Source: Candidatus Bathyarchaeota archaeon
GTDB taxonomy: Archaea; Thermoproteota; Bathyarchaeia; Bathyarchaeales; Bathycorpusculaceae
Reading direction: 5' to 3'
Length of the DNA stretch: 64,000 bases
NCBI GenBank assembly: GCA_963811105.1
Contig: CAWEPZ010000011.1
Location: 448,001 to 512,000 of the forward strand
Numbering within the stretch: position 1 is the first letter of the stretch; every line of letters starts with the position of its first letter. Both the position numbers and the translations under genes were made by a program. Positions 1-9,730 of the stretch are shown here, one piece after another. The notes beneath the pieces are model-generated. The model was not told the origin of the DNA and made no database searches. It was given only the letters and a program-made list of their open reading frames with translations.

Positions 1-111
1 GATTTTGTCTTCGGCAAACAAGTCTTTCCAATCTCCACGCATAGCTTCGCAAAAAAAGCCTCTCTCGTCTGGAAAACGATTAATTGATTTTATTTTTATG
101 CCTTCTAACAT
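1..111 (-). CDS. rfbC: dTDP-4-dehydrorhamnose 3,5-epimerase family, 5' part (runs off window)
   Basis: Manual translation MLEGIKIKSINRFPDERGFFCEAMR has the DxRGxF motif; lies downstream of the thymidylyltransferase. Confidence 0.8.
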   Translation of the reverse strand, partial: MLEGIKIKSINRFPDERGFFCEAMRGDWKDLFAEDKI

Positions 112-179
112 TCGTATCCCTTGGTTGCTTCCAAAACATATGTTTTAAAAATATTTATAATAGTTGTTATATTCTCGGG

Positions 180-1238
180 TTAAACTTGCACTTCCGAATA
201 GTCGCCAACATGCAACTTTATTGTTCTGTTCCTTTGATTTCTCGTAACTGACGCGTTTTTTCCAATCAAGCTGTCTTCTAATCTCTCCACATCTTTAATG
301 GTAACTTTTTCTTGTATAACGCAGTATTCAATGTTTGAATTGATTATTTCTGAACCATCTCCAATGCTTGTGTAAGGTCCAATGTAAGAGTTTTCAATCA
401 AGACGTTCTTACCGATTATACATGGTCCTCTGATTGTACTATTCACTATTTTTGCATCCGCTGCTGCTTTAACCCGACCATCTATAGTGCTGTTTGTTAC
501 CTTTGCTTTAACGTCATTCTCAATGTACTCATCCAATATTTTTGCGTTTGCACATAGAATATCGTCCTTCTTGCCTGTATCAAGCCACCATGAATTTAGG
601 ATTTCAGCTTTTACTGAAAAGCCCATGTTTATCATTTCTTGGATGGCATCAGTAATTTCCAGTTCCCCGCGCCCAGAAGGTTTTATCTTTTCTATAGCTT
701 GATGGACTTTATTTGAGAAGAGGTAAGTGCCGATAATTGCAAGGTTACCCATGGGAGTTTTAGGTTTCTCAACCAAACGAATAATATTGCCTTTTTCATC
801 AAGTTGAGCTATTCCAAAACTTGAGGGGTTTTCAACTTCTTTGAGAATAATAAGTGCGTCAAGATGCTCATTCTTAAATTTCTTGACAAATAAGTTCAAT
901 CCTTGACCAGTGACGTTGTCCCCTAAACACATAACAAAAGAATCCTGCCCTAAAAATCGGTGGGCAGTCTTAACAGCATGGGCTAAACCGAGTGGTTCCT
1001 GAGGGATATATGAAACATCAAGATTCCAAGATGAACCACCACAAACATAATCTTTAACAAATTGGCCAGTTTCTGGCGCAGTTATAATGCCTACCTTTTT
1101 TATGCGGGTTGCCGCCACCTGGTCAAGAACATACCCCAATATAGGTTTGTTAGCAACTGGAATAAGTTGTTTAGCGCATGTGAAAGTTAAAGGCCTAAGT
1201 CGTGTCCCTTTGCCGCCGCTTAGAACGAGTGCTTTCAT
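180..1238 (-). CDS. rfbA: Glucose-1-phosphate thymidylyltransferase (long form)
   Basis: LSGGKGTRLRPLT, KQLIPVANKP, EKP, RGELEITDA, WWLDTG; C-terminal hexapeptide-like tail. Confidence 0.92.
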   Translation of the reverse strand: MKALVLSGGKGTRLRPLTFTCAKQLIPVANKPILGYVLDQVAATRIKKVGIITAPETGQFVKDYVCGGSSWNLDVSYIPQEPLGLAHAVKTAHRFLGQDSFVMCLGDNVTGQGLNLFVKKFKNEHLDALIILKEVENPSSFGIAQLDEKGNIIRLVEKPKTPMGNLAIIGTYLFSNKVHQAIEKIKPSGRGELEITDAIQEMINMGFSVKAEILNSWWLDTGKKDDILCANAKILDEYIENDVKAKVTNSTIDGRVKAAADAKIVNSTIRGPCIIGKNVLIENSYIGPYTSIGDGSEIINSNIEYCVIQEKVTIKDVERLEDSLIGKNASVTRNQRNRTIKLHVGDYSEVQV

Positions 1239-1384
1239 GTTAATACCTTTTTACGATTTCTATTTATACCTTAACATCTCTTAAATAAGTTTATGCAGTT
1301 GTGATTGATATTGCAAAATCACAAAATTTTTAAGTAAAGAATAAGAATTGAAAAGTTAAGGATTGGTTCCTTCAAGGGAAAGAT

Positions 1385-1603
1385 ATGGAAAAACATGATC
1401 TGAATATTTTATCTTCTCTTCGAGCATACGGAAAGAAATGCAAATTCAGCCGTTCATGTAACCTCTTTTCAAACTCAAGTTATACATGTAGAAATGTCGG
1501 TGGACGATACTGTGGGAAGTTTAGAATCCTGAATCAAACAACCAACACTGCTGTTACGCGAGTGAATCGTAACTTTTCCGAAGACCAGGTTATTGTTGCT
1601 TAA
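1385..1603 (+). CDS. Small Cys-containing hypothetical protein
   Basis: Intergenic ATG ORF with purine-rich leader; four Cys (CKFSRSC...TC...GGRYCG). Confidence 0.5.
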   Translation: MEKHDLNILSSLRAYGKKCKFSRSCNLFSNSSYTCRNVGGRYCGKFRILNQTTNTAVTRVNRNFSEDQVIVA

Positions 1604-1632
1604 ACTCCTCTGGCTTACTTAATATTTGATGT

Positions 1633-3210
1633 TCATGCGTGAAGAAGATCCATTAATTTCTCAACCAAAGTTAATAGTGGACTAAAGATTTTTCGAATAG
1701 CGCCAAGCCCATTAATGATTTCTCGAAGATTATTAACGTCTACTCTGTTAATGGTTTTAGTAAGAATTGCTACAACGATAAAAATTGCTGAGAAGACAAA
1801 TACCCCAATTATTAGTTGCAGTAGATTCGAAAATGCAAGTTGAGAAAGGATTACGTATGTTAAAATGCCTGTAGCTATTGATGATAAGAGGATCTTGGTA
1901 GAAGAAACCCAATCAACTGATACTCCAAAATGACTTTTTATGAAGCGCAAACTCAATATTAAGCTTGGAAAACCAACTATTAACGAATGAATGATTAGAC
2001 CAAGTACGCCAAATTGAGATATCAACACAAAACTTAAAGGAAAACCAATTGTGACGGTTAGAATGGTCAATTTCAGGTTGTATTTTGTGTATCCTTGTGC
2101 GATTATTAAGTTGGATATGCTTAGATTTCCCAAAGCAGAATAAAGATATGTGATTGACAGTAAAGCTAAAAATAAGGGCGCTTCAGAATATTTATTCTGG
2201 AATATTGTGCCAATTGCAGGCTGCGCAAGAGCAATAATCATAGCCGTTACGGGTACGACAACTATGGCGGCGTATTTTACTGAGTATTGAAAAACGTTTT
2301 TTAGCAGTTCATTGTCTTTCTTTGGGTTTAGTTTGGAGAATGCTGGGAACATCATTGTTGTTACTGGAATGGCAAAGAAAGTTATTAAGACTACAAAGTT
2401 TTGGGCTACGTTATAATTGCCAATTATGGCGTTGTTAGTTACAAAGATTGCCATTATGTAGGTGTAGAATTGGGTTAGAAATCCCGCAAGGATGCTCCCT
2501 ATTGATACTGGAAAACCATATTTGAGCAAGGTTTTGGTGCTCGTCATAATTTCTAGTTTGCTAATAACTGGTTTAGGCAAGGATTTGTATATGGTCCATG
2601 TTAGGACAACACCAGTTATTCCTGCAACGAGGACAGAGATTGTGAAACCAGTAACTGCGCCAAGAGCTCCGAAACCTAGGAGAACAAGCGCTACTATGAC
2701 ACCGGTTTTAACTAGCGACTGAATAATCAACATTATGCTGTTGAGGTGCATGGTTTCCATTCCTGTGAAAGCCGAAGTCGCAACAGTTACAAGTGCATTG
2801 GCCAAAATAAAAAATGAAGCGATTTGAATCAGTGAAGTTATTGAAGGACGATTAAGAGTTGTTGCTAAAAAGCCTGAGAGAGCAAAAGATAGGATGGAAA
2901 GCGATAGACCTAAAATTATCTCGAACACTAAAGCAGATACGAAGACGCTTCGTATCTTTGCTACGTCATTTTCACTGTTGTACTGTGCGGAATATTTTAC
3001 CAAGGCTGTTGTGATTCCCCAGTCACGGAATGCAGCGATTAGGTTTGGCGCGGCAAGAGCTATTGTGTATAAACCATAGTTGGCTGGACCTAGAAGGTTA
3101 GCTATGATTATTGTGCCTACAGCTGAGATGACTGTTGAAGCAACTAATCCCCATAAAACATGGAAGCCTCCTTTAGCTGAAACCCTTGCCATCTCTGCAG
3201 CTTTAATAAT
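1633..3210 (-). CDS. Wzx/MATE-like oligosaccharide flippase
   Basis: Many TM segments, LGPANYGLY, IGNYNVA, FPAFSK; ATG at 3192, while an ATT at 3210 matches the paralogue's ATG. Confidence 0.88.
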   Translation of the reverse strand: MIKAAEMARVSAKGGFHVLWGLVASTVISAVGTIIIANLLGPANYGLYTIALAAPNLIAAFRDWGITTALVKYSAQYNSENDVAKIRSVFVSALVFEIILGLSLSILSFALSGFLATTLNRPSITSLIQIASFFILANALVTVATSAFTGMETMHLNSIMLIIQSLVKTGVIVALVLLGFGALGAVTGFTISVLVAGITGVVLTWTIYKSLPKPVISKLEIMTSTKTLLKYGFPVSIGSILAGFLTQFYTYIMAIFVTNNAIIGNYNVAQNFVVLITFFAIPVTTMMFPAFSKLNPKKDNELLKNVFQYSVKYAAIVVVPVTAMIIALAQPAIGTIFQNKYSEAPLFLALLSITYLYSALGNLSISNLIIAQGYTKYNLKLTILTVTIGFPLSFVLISQFGVLGLIIHSLIVGFPSLILSLRFIKSHFGVSVDWVSSTKILLSSIATGILTYVILSQLAFSNLLQLIIGVFVFSAIFIVVAILTKTINRVDVNNLREIINGLGAIRKIFSPLLTLVEKLMDLLHA

Positions 3211-3599
3211 GCTTCCTTCCTAGCCGTCTGTACCTTATGGGTTAACTGTTGTTTGTGATGTACCGTTTATCACTTTTGGTTTCCCTTGAGGTTAAACAAA
3301 AAACCTTAAAGAAATTTCTTCTTTCTGGGGTCGCGGGTTTGCCCACGACTTCTTATTGGTTGAACCTCTGGTCGCTTGTTGGGTTCTGGTTTTTTTTACT
3401 ATTTGGTTGGATGTAAGGGGTTTTGGCTTCACCGGTATGTTGGTTTTATTGACTATGGATTTGTAGAGATGTTGGTGTGAGTTGGTTGTGCAAGACAGAA
3501 ACAGCCAAATAAATTAAGAACTTTATGTAACTTTCTAATAGAAATTGTCTCCATTTGAAGACGGGATGTAAAGGGTTTTTCTGAATAGACCTCCGATAA

Positions 3600-3803
3600 G
3601 CGATATCGGAGGTACATGAAATTGAGCGATGTAGTACTTGGTGTCATGTGCGTTATTGTCCAGAGGGTCATTTGGCTAAGGTGTAAAAAGAAATTCGCAA
3701 AAGGAAGGGTAATAGTCGTGATGCGATTAAGGTGGTTGCTGGTAAGTTGGTGAATGTTGTTTGGGCTGTTTTGACGTATGAGAGGGAGTTCAGGGCAGAG
3801 TAG
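3600..3803 (+). mobile_element. IS110-family transposase C-terminal remnant
   Basis: Translation WCHVRYCPEGHLAKV*KEIRKRKGNSRDAIKVVAGKLVNVVWAVLTYEREF resembles the IS110 KG..A..A.ARKL...W..L tail; internal TAA 3684-3686; 5' boundary approximate. Confidence 0.65.
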
Positions 3804-4075
3804 GACAAGTGACAAGGGATATCTCCTTGCTTCTTGTTGCAGCTTGACTGCTGTTATAAGAATAGAGTTTTTCCCTATTGTTGGCTCAAGCCGATGTGCG
3901 ACCTATTTCGCTGATAGGAGAATGCTATCCGAAATACAGAGTTGAAGTGAAAGAATATAAGAAAGAAATGAGGTGAGGTGTTAGGTAGTCGGGGTCTGTT
4001 TGGATGGACCTTCGTCTGGTCTTCTTTCATAGGAGAAGAACGGATGTTTTTTTTTGTGTGCAGCGTTAAATCTGG

Positions 4076-4154
4076 TTTGGGTTGGCTTTGTTGAACAGGC
4101 TCTGGAGATCTCTTTGGTTGCGTCTGTATTCGTCAGGTTTAGGCTGACAAAGGC
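4076..4154 (+). repeat. Degenerate repeat copy 1 (paired with 4681-4759)
   Basis: Gapless alignment of ~79 nt; WVGFVEQALEISLVASVFVRFRLTKA vs WVAFDEQALQGFLVASANVTFRLAKA. Confidence 0.7.
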
Positions 4155-4179
4155 TGATACTGGCGGAGGACTGTCATAG

Positions 4180-4458
4180 TTGCCTTTAACTGAACGTGTC
4201 TCCTTCAAAGCGAAGTTCCAAAAAGGCAATCGAGTCTAAGTTCCAAAATACGTCAAATGGCACTACAAACTAGAAACAGCTCAAATCTTGAAAGTAACGG
4301 TGAGCATCCTTGGAGTGTGGCAGCTTGCCCAGAGTTTTCTATCCAGAAAAAGCAAAGATTGAAGAATATTAATACCCAAATTAACAATCACCATATTCAA
4401 AGATGCCAAACCCAATATAGATAATCATGCAGTAGAGGTTAGGCTTAGTCCACTCTAG
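4180..4458 (+). pseudogene. AbrB/MazE-like double-domain small DNA-binding protein, two premature stops
   Basis: MPLTERVSFKAKFQKGNRV*VPKYVKWHYKLE...KSKD*RILIPKLT; TAA 4237, TGA 4360; repeated R.x.[VI]PK motif. Confidence 0.6.
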
Positions 4459-4652
4459 TTTATTGTGAGCCATCTAAGTTCTGGGTCAGTCTATTCTTTT
4501 TCTAGAATACACGACTTGATTAAAGTAGTAAGGACAGAGAGTATTCAATTGAAATAAGTCCAGACAGGTTTTTAGCAAAAATCTCTCGATAGTCATTTAA
4601 CAAACATTCGCAATAAGGTTTGATCAAGTAACTTAATAGAAGAAGACGAACT

Positions 4653-4865
4653 TTGCTGCAAAAATTTTTGCAAAGCTTGTTTTGGGTTGCTTTCGACGAA
4701 CAGGCTTTGCAGGGCTTTTTGGTTGCGTCTGCAAATGTCACGTTCCGTCTGGCGAAGGCAAGAACGGAGGAAGGTTGGTTGCCGCAAAATGAGATAAGCA
4801 TAGTCAGGTTTAGGTGTTCGCCAACCTCATGCCAGGAGAATGATGACGGCACAACTACTTTCTAA
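4653..4865 (+). CDS. Small hypothetical protein containing repeat copy 2
   Basis: Substitutions versus copy 1 are partly synonymous in this frame. Confidence 0.3.
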   Translation: MLQKFLQSLFWVAFDEQALQGFLVASANVTFRLAKARTEEGWLPQNEISIVRFRCSPTSCQENDDGTTTF

Positions 4866-4917
4866 TGTTTAGATAAAATTCTTGAAACAGTTAATGGGAT
4901 TTGTTTCTGGCTCTTTC

Positions 4918-6009
4918 TTATTTAGCGAGTTTTCTTTCCAGTATCTTAATTATTTTTTTACCAGCTGTACCGTCGCCAAATGGGTTAGTCCAACTTTTCT
5001 CATTATGAAGGCTCCTTTTTGATGCTTCGAGAATTCTTTCAGGATCAGTACCGGCAAGAACGTTAGCGCCAACTTCCACCGTTTCAGGCCTTTCAGTATT
5101 ATCCCTCAAAGTAACACATGGAACACCCAGAACACAGGTTTCTTCCTGCACTCCGCCCGAGTCAGTTAAAACAAGTCTTGCCTTGCTTTCAAGCTGCAGG
5201 AAAGCCAAATAACCTAAAGGCTCAACAAACGTAATGCCCCCAGAATCTATTCCGAACGCATCCAGTTGCTTTCTTGCCCTAGGATGAATAGGATAAATCA
5301 AAGGAAACTTGAATTCACTTTGAACTTTCTGCAGACCACAAATAAGCCCCGAGAACTTCTTCTTGTCATCAACATTTTCCTGCCTGTGAGCCGTAGCAAG
5401 CATGTACCGGTAACATTCAACGCCCAAAGACTCAAAAATTTGGCTCTCTGATTGGGCAATTTCTAAATTTTGATTTAGCGCATCAACAACGGTGTTTCCT
5501 ACCAGAAAAACCTTGTCTTCATTAATACCTTCATGAAGAAGAATTTCCCGCGATTTTGCAGTTGGAGCAAACAAAAAATCCGACGCATGATCAGCCAAAA
5601 CCCTGTTAACCTCCTCAGGCATAGTCCGGTCATAACTACGCAATCCAGCTTCAACGTGCCCCACTTTGATTCCAAGCTTTACAGCTGCTAACGCGCCAGC
5701 TAAAACTGTATTCGTGTCACCTTCAACCAACACAACGTCGGGAAATTCTTTCTGCAAAACCTCTTCTATACCAGCAAGCATCTTACCTGTTTGTTGCCCA
5801 TGACTTCCAGAACCCACATCAAGATTATACTTTGCGCTTGGCAGATTAAGCTGCTCAAAGAAGACTCTATCCATATTATACGAGTAATGCTGTCCAGTAT
5901 GTAAAATAAAAAAATCTGAACTCAACCTGTTACATTCACGAATTATTGGAGAAAATTTTACTATTTCAGGTCTAGTGCCCAAAACAATAGAAATTTTCAT
6001 CTTGAACAT
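4918..6009 (-). CDS. wecB: UDP-N-acetylglucosamine 2-epimerase (non-hydrolysing)
   Basis: GTRPEIVK, HTGQHY, GDTNT, HVEAGLRS, PEEVNR, TDSGGVQEE, RDNTERPE. Confidence 0.95.
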   Translation of the reverse strand: MFKMKISIVLGTRPEIVKFSPIIRECNRLSSDFFILHTGQHYSYNMDRVFFEQLNLPSAKYNLDVGSGSHGQQTGKMLAGIEEVLQKEFPDVVLVEGDTNTVLAGALAAVKLGIKVGHVEAGLRSYDRTMPEEVNRVLADHASDFLFAPTAKSREILLHEGINEDKVFLVGNTVVDALNQNLEIAQSESQIFESLGVECYRYMLATAHRQENVDDKKKFSGLICGLQKVQSEFKFPLIYPIHPRARKQLDAFGIDSGGITFVEPLGYLAFLQLESKARLVLTDSGGVQEETCVLGVPCVTLRDNTERPETVEVGANVLAGTDPERILEASKRSLHNEKSWTNPFGDGTAGKKIIKILERKLAK

Positions 6010-6294
6010 TTCACCGTTACAATTTTGAGTAGGCTAATAATAATGTCGTTTTTAATAAATAGGTGCACCTTCAAAACCCAAAAAATTGCATCTGGCTCAA
6101 TATCTTTATCCAGAAAAACTAAAAACGAAGTAACGAAAGGTTAAAGTTGAATCACATTTCAAAATATTTATACTATCATAGTCATGACTAACTCGAGTAA
6201 TACCGCAAAAATTGTTTGCTATGAAAACGTGTTTTGGGCTTGCGGTTTCATTTTTTGATGTTGAAAAAGATTAGCATGCATGACTCCGGCGTTA

Positions 6295-7398
6295 TTATAG
6301 CAAATTTAGCAATGTTTGGGCTATGTTGTCTATTTGTTCTTCGGTGACGCCTGGGTGAATTGGCAGGGAGAGTACTTGTTTGGCTGCTTTTTCTGTTTCA
6401 GGTAAATTATACTCACCGAAGGATTGTTTGTAGTAGGGCATTTGGTGGATCGGTGTAGGGTAATATGCTTCGGCGCCTATGCCTTCATCATGCATTTGTT
6501 GGATTAGTTTGTTTCTTTGTATTTCGGTTGCGTCTTTGATTCTCACCGTATATAGATAGTAGCTTGGGGTTCGGTCGCTTAACTGAGGAGGTAGAATTAG
6601 TTTACCTGTTTTATTCAACCGATTGCTTAGTCGTTTTGCGTTTTGTGCTCGTTTAGCAAGAAACTCTGGCAATCTTTTTAGCTGTATCACGCCAATAGCG
6701 GCTTGGATTTCGGTCATGCGATAGTTTGTGCCCAGCATTAGTGAGTTATACTTGACTTTTTCCCCGTGTGTTCTTACCATTCGAACTTTCTCTGCAAGAT
6801 CATCACTGTCCGTGGTTACTACTCCTCCTTCGCCAGTACCGATGTTTTTGGCAGCGTAGAGACTCCAGCAGGCAAGGTCTGCTGTGGCGCCTGCAGGTTT
6901 GCCATAGTAGGTCGCGCCGTGGGACTGCGCGCAGTCTTCGATGATTATTAAGTTTTGTTTAGTTACAATTTCCTTTATAGACAAGGTATCAGCGGGTAAC
7001 CCGTAGAGGTCTACAGGAATTATGCCCTTGGTTCTTTCTGTTACTGCATTTTCTACAGAATTTGGATTTAAGGTGTAGGTTATAGGGTTGATGTCAGCGA
7101 AAACTGGTTTGGCACCGGTCATCACAACGGCTTCAGCTGTAGCTACAAATGTGAAAGCGGGCAATATTATTTCGTCGCCGGGTTTAACTCCTGCCGCCAA
7201 AAGAGCAGTATGAAGAGCAGCTGTCCCTGTGTTAACGGCTATGGCGTGTTTAACACCTGCGAATGCGGCGTAGTTTTTCTCGAATTCAACTACTTTAGGT
7301 CCTGCACCCAAACCAGTAGTAAGTATGCCGCTTTGCATAACTTTAACGACGGCGTCAATTTCTTCTTGGCCAATTTTAGGAACATTGATCGGAATCAA
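6295..7398 (-). CDS. DegT/DnrJ/EryC1/StrS PLP sugar aminotransferase
   Basis: GTAALH, TFVATA, IEDCAQSHGA, SLYAAKNIGTGEGG, GTNYRMTEIQAA. Confidence 0.93.
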   Translation of the reverse strand: MIPINVPKIGQEEIDAVVKVMQSGILTTGLGAGPKVVEFEKNYAAFAGVKHAIAVNTGTAALHTALLAAGVKPGDEIILPAFTFVATAEAVVMTGAKPVFADINPITYTLNPNSVENAVTERTKGIIPVDLYGLPADTLSIKEIVTKQNLIIIEDCAQSHGATYYGKPAGATADLACWSLYAAKNIGTGEGGVVTTDSDDLAEKVRMVRTHGEKVKYNSLMLGTNYRMTEIQAAIGVIQLKRLPEFLAKRAQNAKRLSNRLNKTGKLILPPQLSDRTPSYYLYTVRIKDATEIQRNKLIQQMHDEGIGAEAYYPTPIHQMPYYKQSFGEYNLPETEKAAKQVLSLPIHPGVTEEQIDNIAQTLLNLL

Positions 7399-7422
7399 TT
7401 TTTAATCCTCCAAATATAGACA

Positions 7423-7800
7423 TTATTTTAGTTCAATTACTCTGTTTTTCTCTGATGATTTTATTGCAGCTTCAACTACCTCTAAGGCTTTTACGCCGTC
7501 TAATCCTGTTACTCGTGGTTGAATCTTCTCGATTTCGCATTTTGCGAAATGCTGTAATTCAAGTTTCAGAGGTTGCTCAATAGGGTATCTGGGTTGCCGG
7601 TTTTCTGTTCCGTTTTCAATCCACAACTCCTGGGATAGATATTCAAGCTGTATAATTACATCGCTTCCGGTAACAATAAGGTTGCGTATTTTGTAGGGTT
7701 TGAGTAAGTTAGATTCTATGAAAGCACTTTTCTCATCTTTATAGGTTAGCATGATTTGGACGTAATCTTAATTCTTTTCACTTCATGCAACCTATTCGAG
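7423..7800 (-). pseudogene. Gfo/Idh/MocA oxidoreductase, C-terminal fragment only
   Basis: QPLKLELQHF...PRVTGLDGVKALEVVEAAIKS tail; upstream DYVQIML preceded by a frameshift and stop; no Rossmann domain. Confidence 0.75.
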
Positions 7801-7951
7801 CATAAACACTAACTTTTTGTTTAATCTATGAAAATATATTCATAGGAATTCTATATTTTCACTATTATTTGTTAAAACAGCCACATATATCATTGATGTT
7901 TATCGTAGATTCAAACTATTGATCACGCCTTAACAAGTCTTAATATATACG

Positions 7952-9730
7952 ATGCTTCTAGATTTGTACACAATTAAAAGAGGCACCAAATTGATAGGGA
8001 AAAGAACACTTAGCTTTAAACGATTCATAATTCTTTTTGCAGTATGCTTTCTATCTTTTGATATACTCGTTAATGCTCAAAGAGAAATTCTGCTAAGTGA
8101 ACCTCATTATAACCTTGCCGCTGAGCCGATAGCACAGGGTATGGCAGTCAATGATATCATCAGCAATAACACAATTGAAAACCTATCCGATGTCACAATC
8201 ATAGGCCTTAAAAATGGACAACTGTTAATCTGGAACACAACAACAGAAAGATGGCAAAACGCTGACCCTGCTCAACCCAACGCCACATTGGCTAAATTGA
8301 CTGATGTAACCTTTGCAGGCTTATCAAACAGCGACGTAATGGAGTACAACTCAACCTCAGGAAAATGGGAAAACACACAATTAACAATGACAGTCCAACA
8401 AATTATCGATGCTTACACTACAATGTCTTACAAGTCCAGTTGGGATGGAAGTATTAACGCATTGATAAATAGTTGGGGTAATACAACATCCCTCACCAAT
8501 CCACAGCAACCCTACAGCTACCTGATCTATACAGATGCGGCAAGCAACTATTATGCAAAGAACGGTACCGATGGCACCGTCGCGTTCAATTCAACCGACG
8601 CTAGCTACGTATTCTCAGCAGTATGTTCCCAAGGGGAAGGAATAGTGTTTGTAAAGAAAGGCACCTACATTGGCACATCCCTAAACATCTCATCCCCAAA
8701 CGTCAGACTAATCGGCGAAGGGCTAGGAACAATACTCCAATTTACAGAAGGCATAACTGTTTCCAACACGAGTGAAAGCTTCCATCAAGAAGTCAGCAAC
8801 CTACAATTAATCGGAACTGGATACGCTAACAATGGTCTAACTCTAAGCTCTGCCTCAAGATTCGTAAGCTACAACCTAGTCATCCAAAACTATAACGTGG
8901 GATTATACATACAATCCTCAGATTCTGGAGCAACCATATTCAATAACTTCTACAGCTTAGTGAGCCACGACAATAATGTCGGTGTTTACATTAGACGAGA
9001 TTCAGGTGATTGCACAGTTGCCCACAACACATTCTATGGAGGCTCAATAGTCGCAAACCTAGAATGGGGAATTGTAATCTTAGGTTCTGTCTCAAACGAA
9101 ATCTTCGAAGGCACAGAAATCGAAAATAACTGCAACGGACAAGTCTGGCTATGCACAATAAATCCAGGATTAGTTCCAGAAGGCAACACATTCTCTAAAT
9201 GCTACTTTGAGCCTTCGCTAAACAATATCACTGCGACCTTAATCGTTTTTACAACTGAATTATCAGCTGAAACCAAGCCATGGGGAAATATCTTTAAGGA
9301 AAACAAGTTTGCCATAGTTGTAGATACAGCCTTAACATTACCAACCTACACAGTCTTCACCAACAACTACATCAGCGGCGGCTCTGTTACCTTCACAATA
9401 ATCGCCACAGCTACAGGCTGCGAAGTTGATGGAAACATAAGTCCTTCTGGCTCTGTTAAAGTCAATTATGTCGGGACTGCGAATACTGGCCGCATAATGC
9501 AATATTCTAATTCAAAATTAGTTGCCAGCAGCAATTGGGTTGATTTCGGCGACACTTTTCCTAGCAACCCCATAGTTCAAGTGTCAGTTACTGGAAATGG
9601 TCAGGTTATCAATGCTTGGGCTTATCAGATCGAAACTACACGATTTTACCTTGCAATGTTCTATAGTAATGGAACTGAAGTTACTACACCGCAATATGTC
9701 TTGTGGACTGCAACCCTAAACTTGCAGTAA
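7952..9730 (+). CDS. Exported right-handed beta-helix protein with tail-fibre-like repeats and H-type-lectin/gp53-like C-terminus
   Basis: Signal-like N-terminus; two L.DV.....N...L.[WY]N....W.N repeats; VFVKKGTY...NVRLIGEG..TIL beta-helix entry; F...P.V...TT.F...V.W.A end. Confidence 0.75.
   Translation: MLLDLYTIKRGTKLIGKRTLSFKRFIILFAVCFLSFDILVNAQREILLSEPHYNLAAEPIAQGMAVNDIISNNTIENLSDVTIIGLKNGQLLIWNTTTERWQNADPAQPNATLAKLTDVTFAGLSNSDVMEYNSTSGKWENTQLTMTVQQIIDAYTTMSYKSSWDGSINALINSWGNTTSLTNPQQPYSYLIYTDAASNYYAKNGTDGTVAFNSTDASYVFSAVCSQGEGIVFVKKGTYIGTSLNISSPNVRLIGEGLGTILQFTEGITVSNTSESFHQEVSNLQLIGTGYANNGLTLSSASRFVSYNLVIQNYNVGLYIQSSDSGATIFNNFYSLVSHDNNVGVYIRRDSGDCTVAHNTFYGGSIVANLEWGIVILGSVSNEIFEGTEIENNCNGQVWLCTINPGLVPEGNTFSKCYFEPSLNNITATLIVFTTELSAETKPWGNIFKENKFAIVVDTALTLPTYTVFTNNYISGGSVTFTIIATATGCEVDGNISPSGSVKVNYVGTANTGRIMQYSNSKLVASSNWVDFGDTFPSNPIVQVSVTGNGQVINAWAYQIETTRFYLAMFYSNGTEVTTPQYVLWTATLNLQ

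Noticed and set aside
3453-3815. 120-aa minus-strand ORF
   Set aside because: Antisense shadow of the IS110 remnant on the plus strand
4180-4458. Stop-codon recoding (Sec/Pyl or alternative code) in the AbrB-like gene
   Set aside because: The two stops differ (TAA, TGA), each is one substitution from a plausible codon (CAA, GGA), and other genes terminate normally at these codons
3981-4852. Minus-strand ORFs 3981-4229, 4520-4852 and 4593-4787
   Set aside because: The substitution pattern in the repeat favours the plus-strand frame; no recognisable motifs
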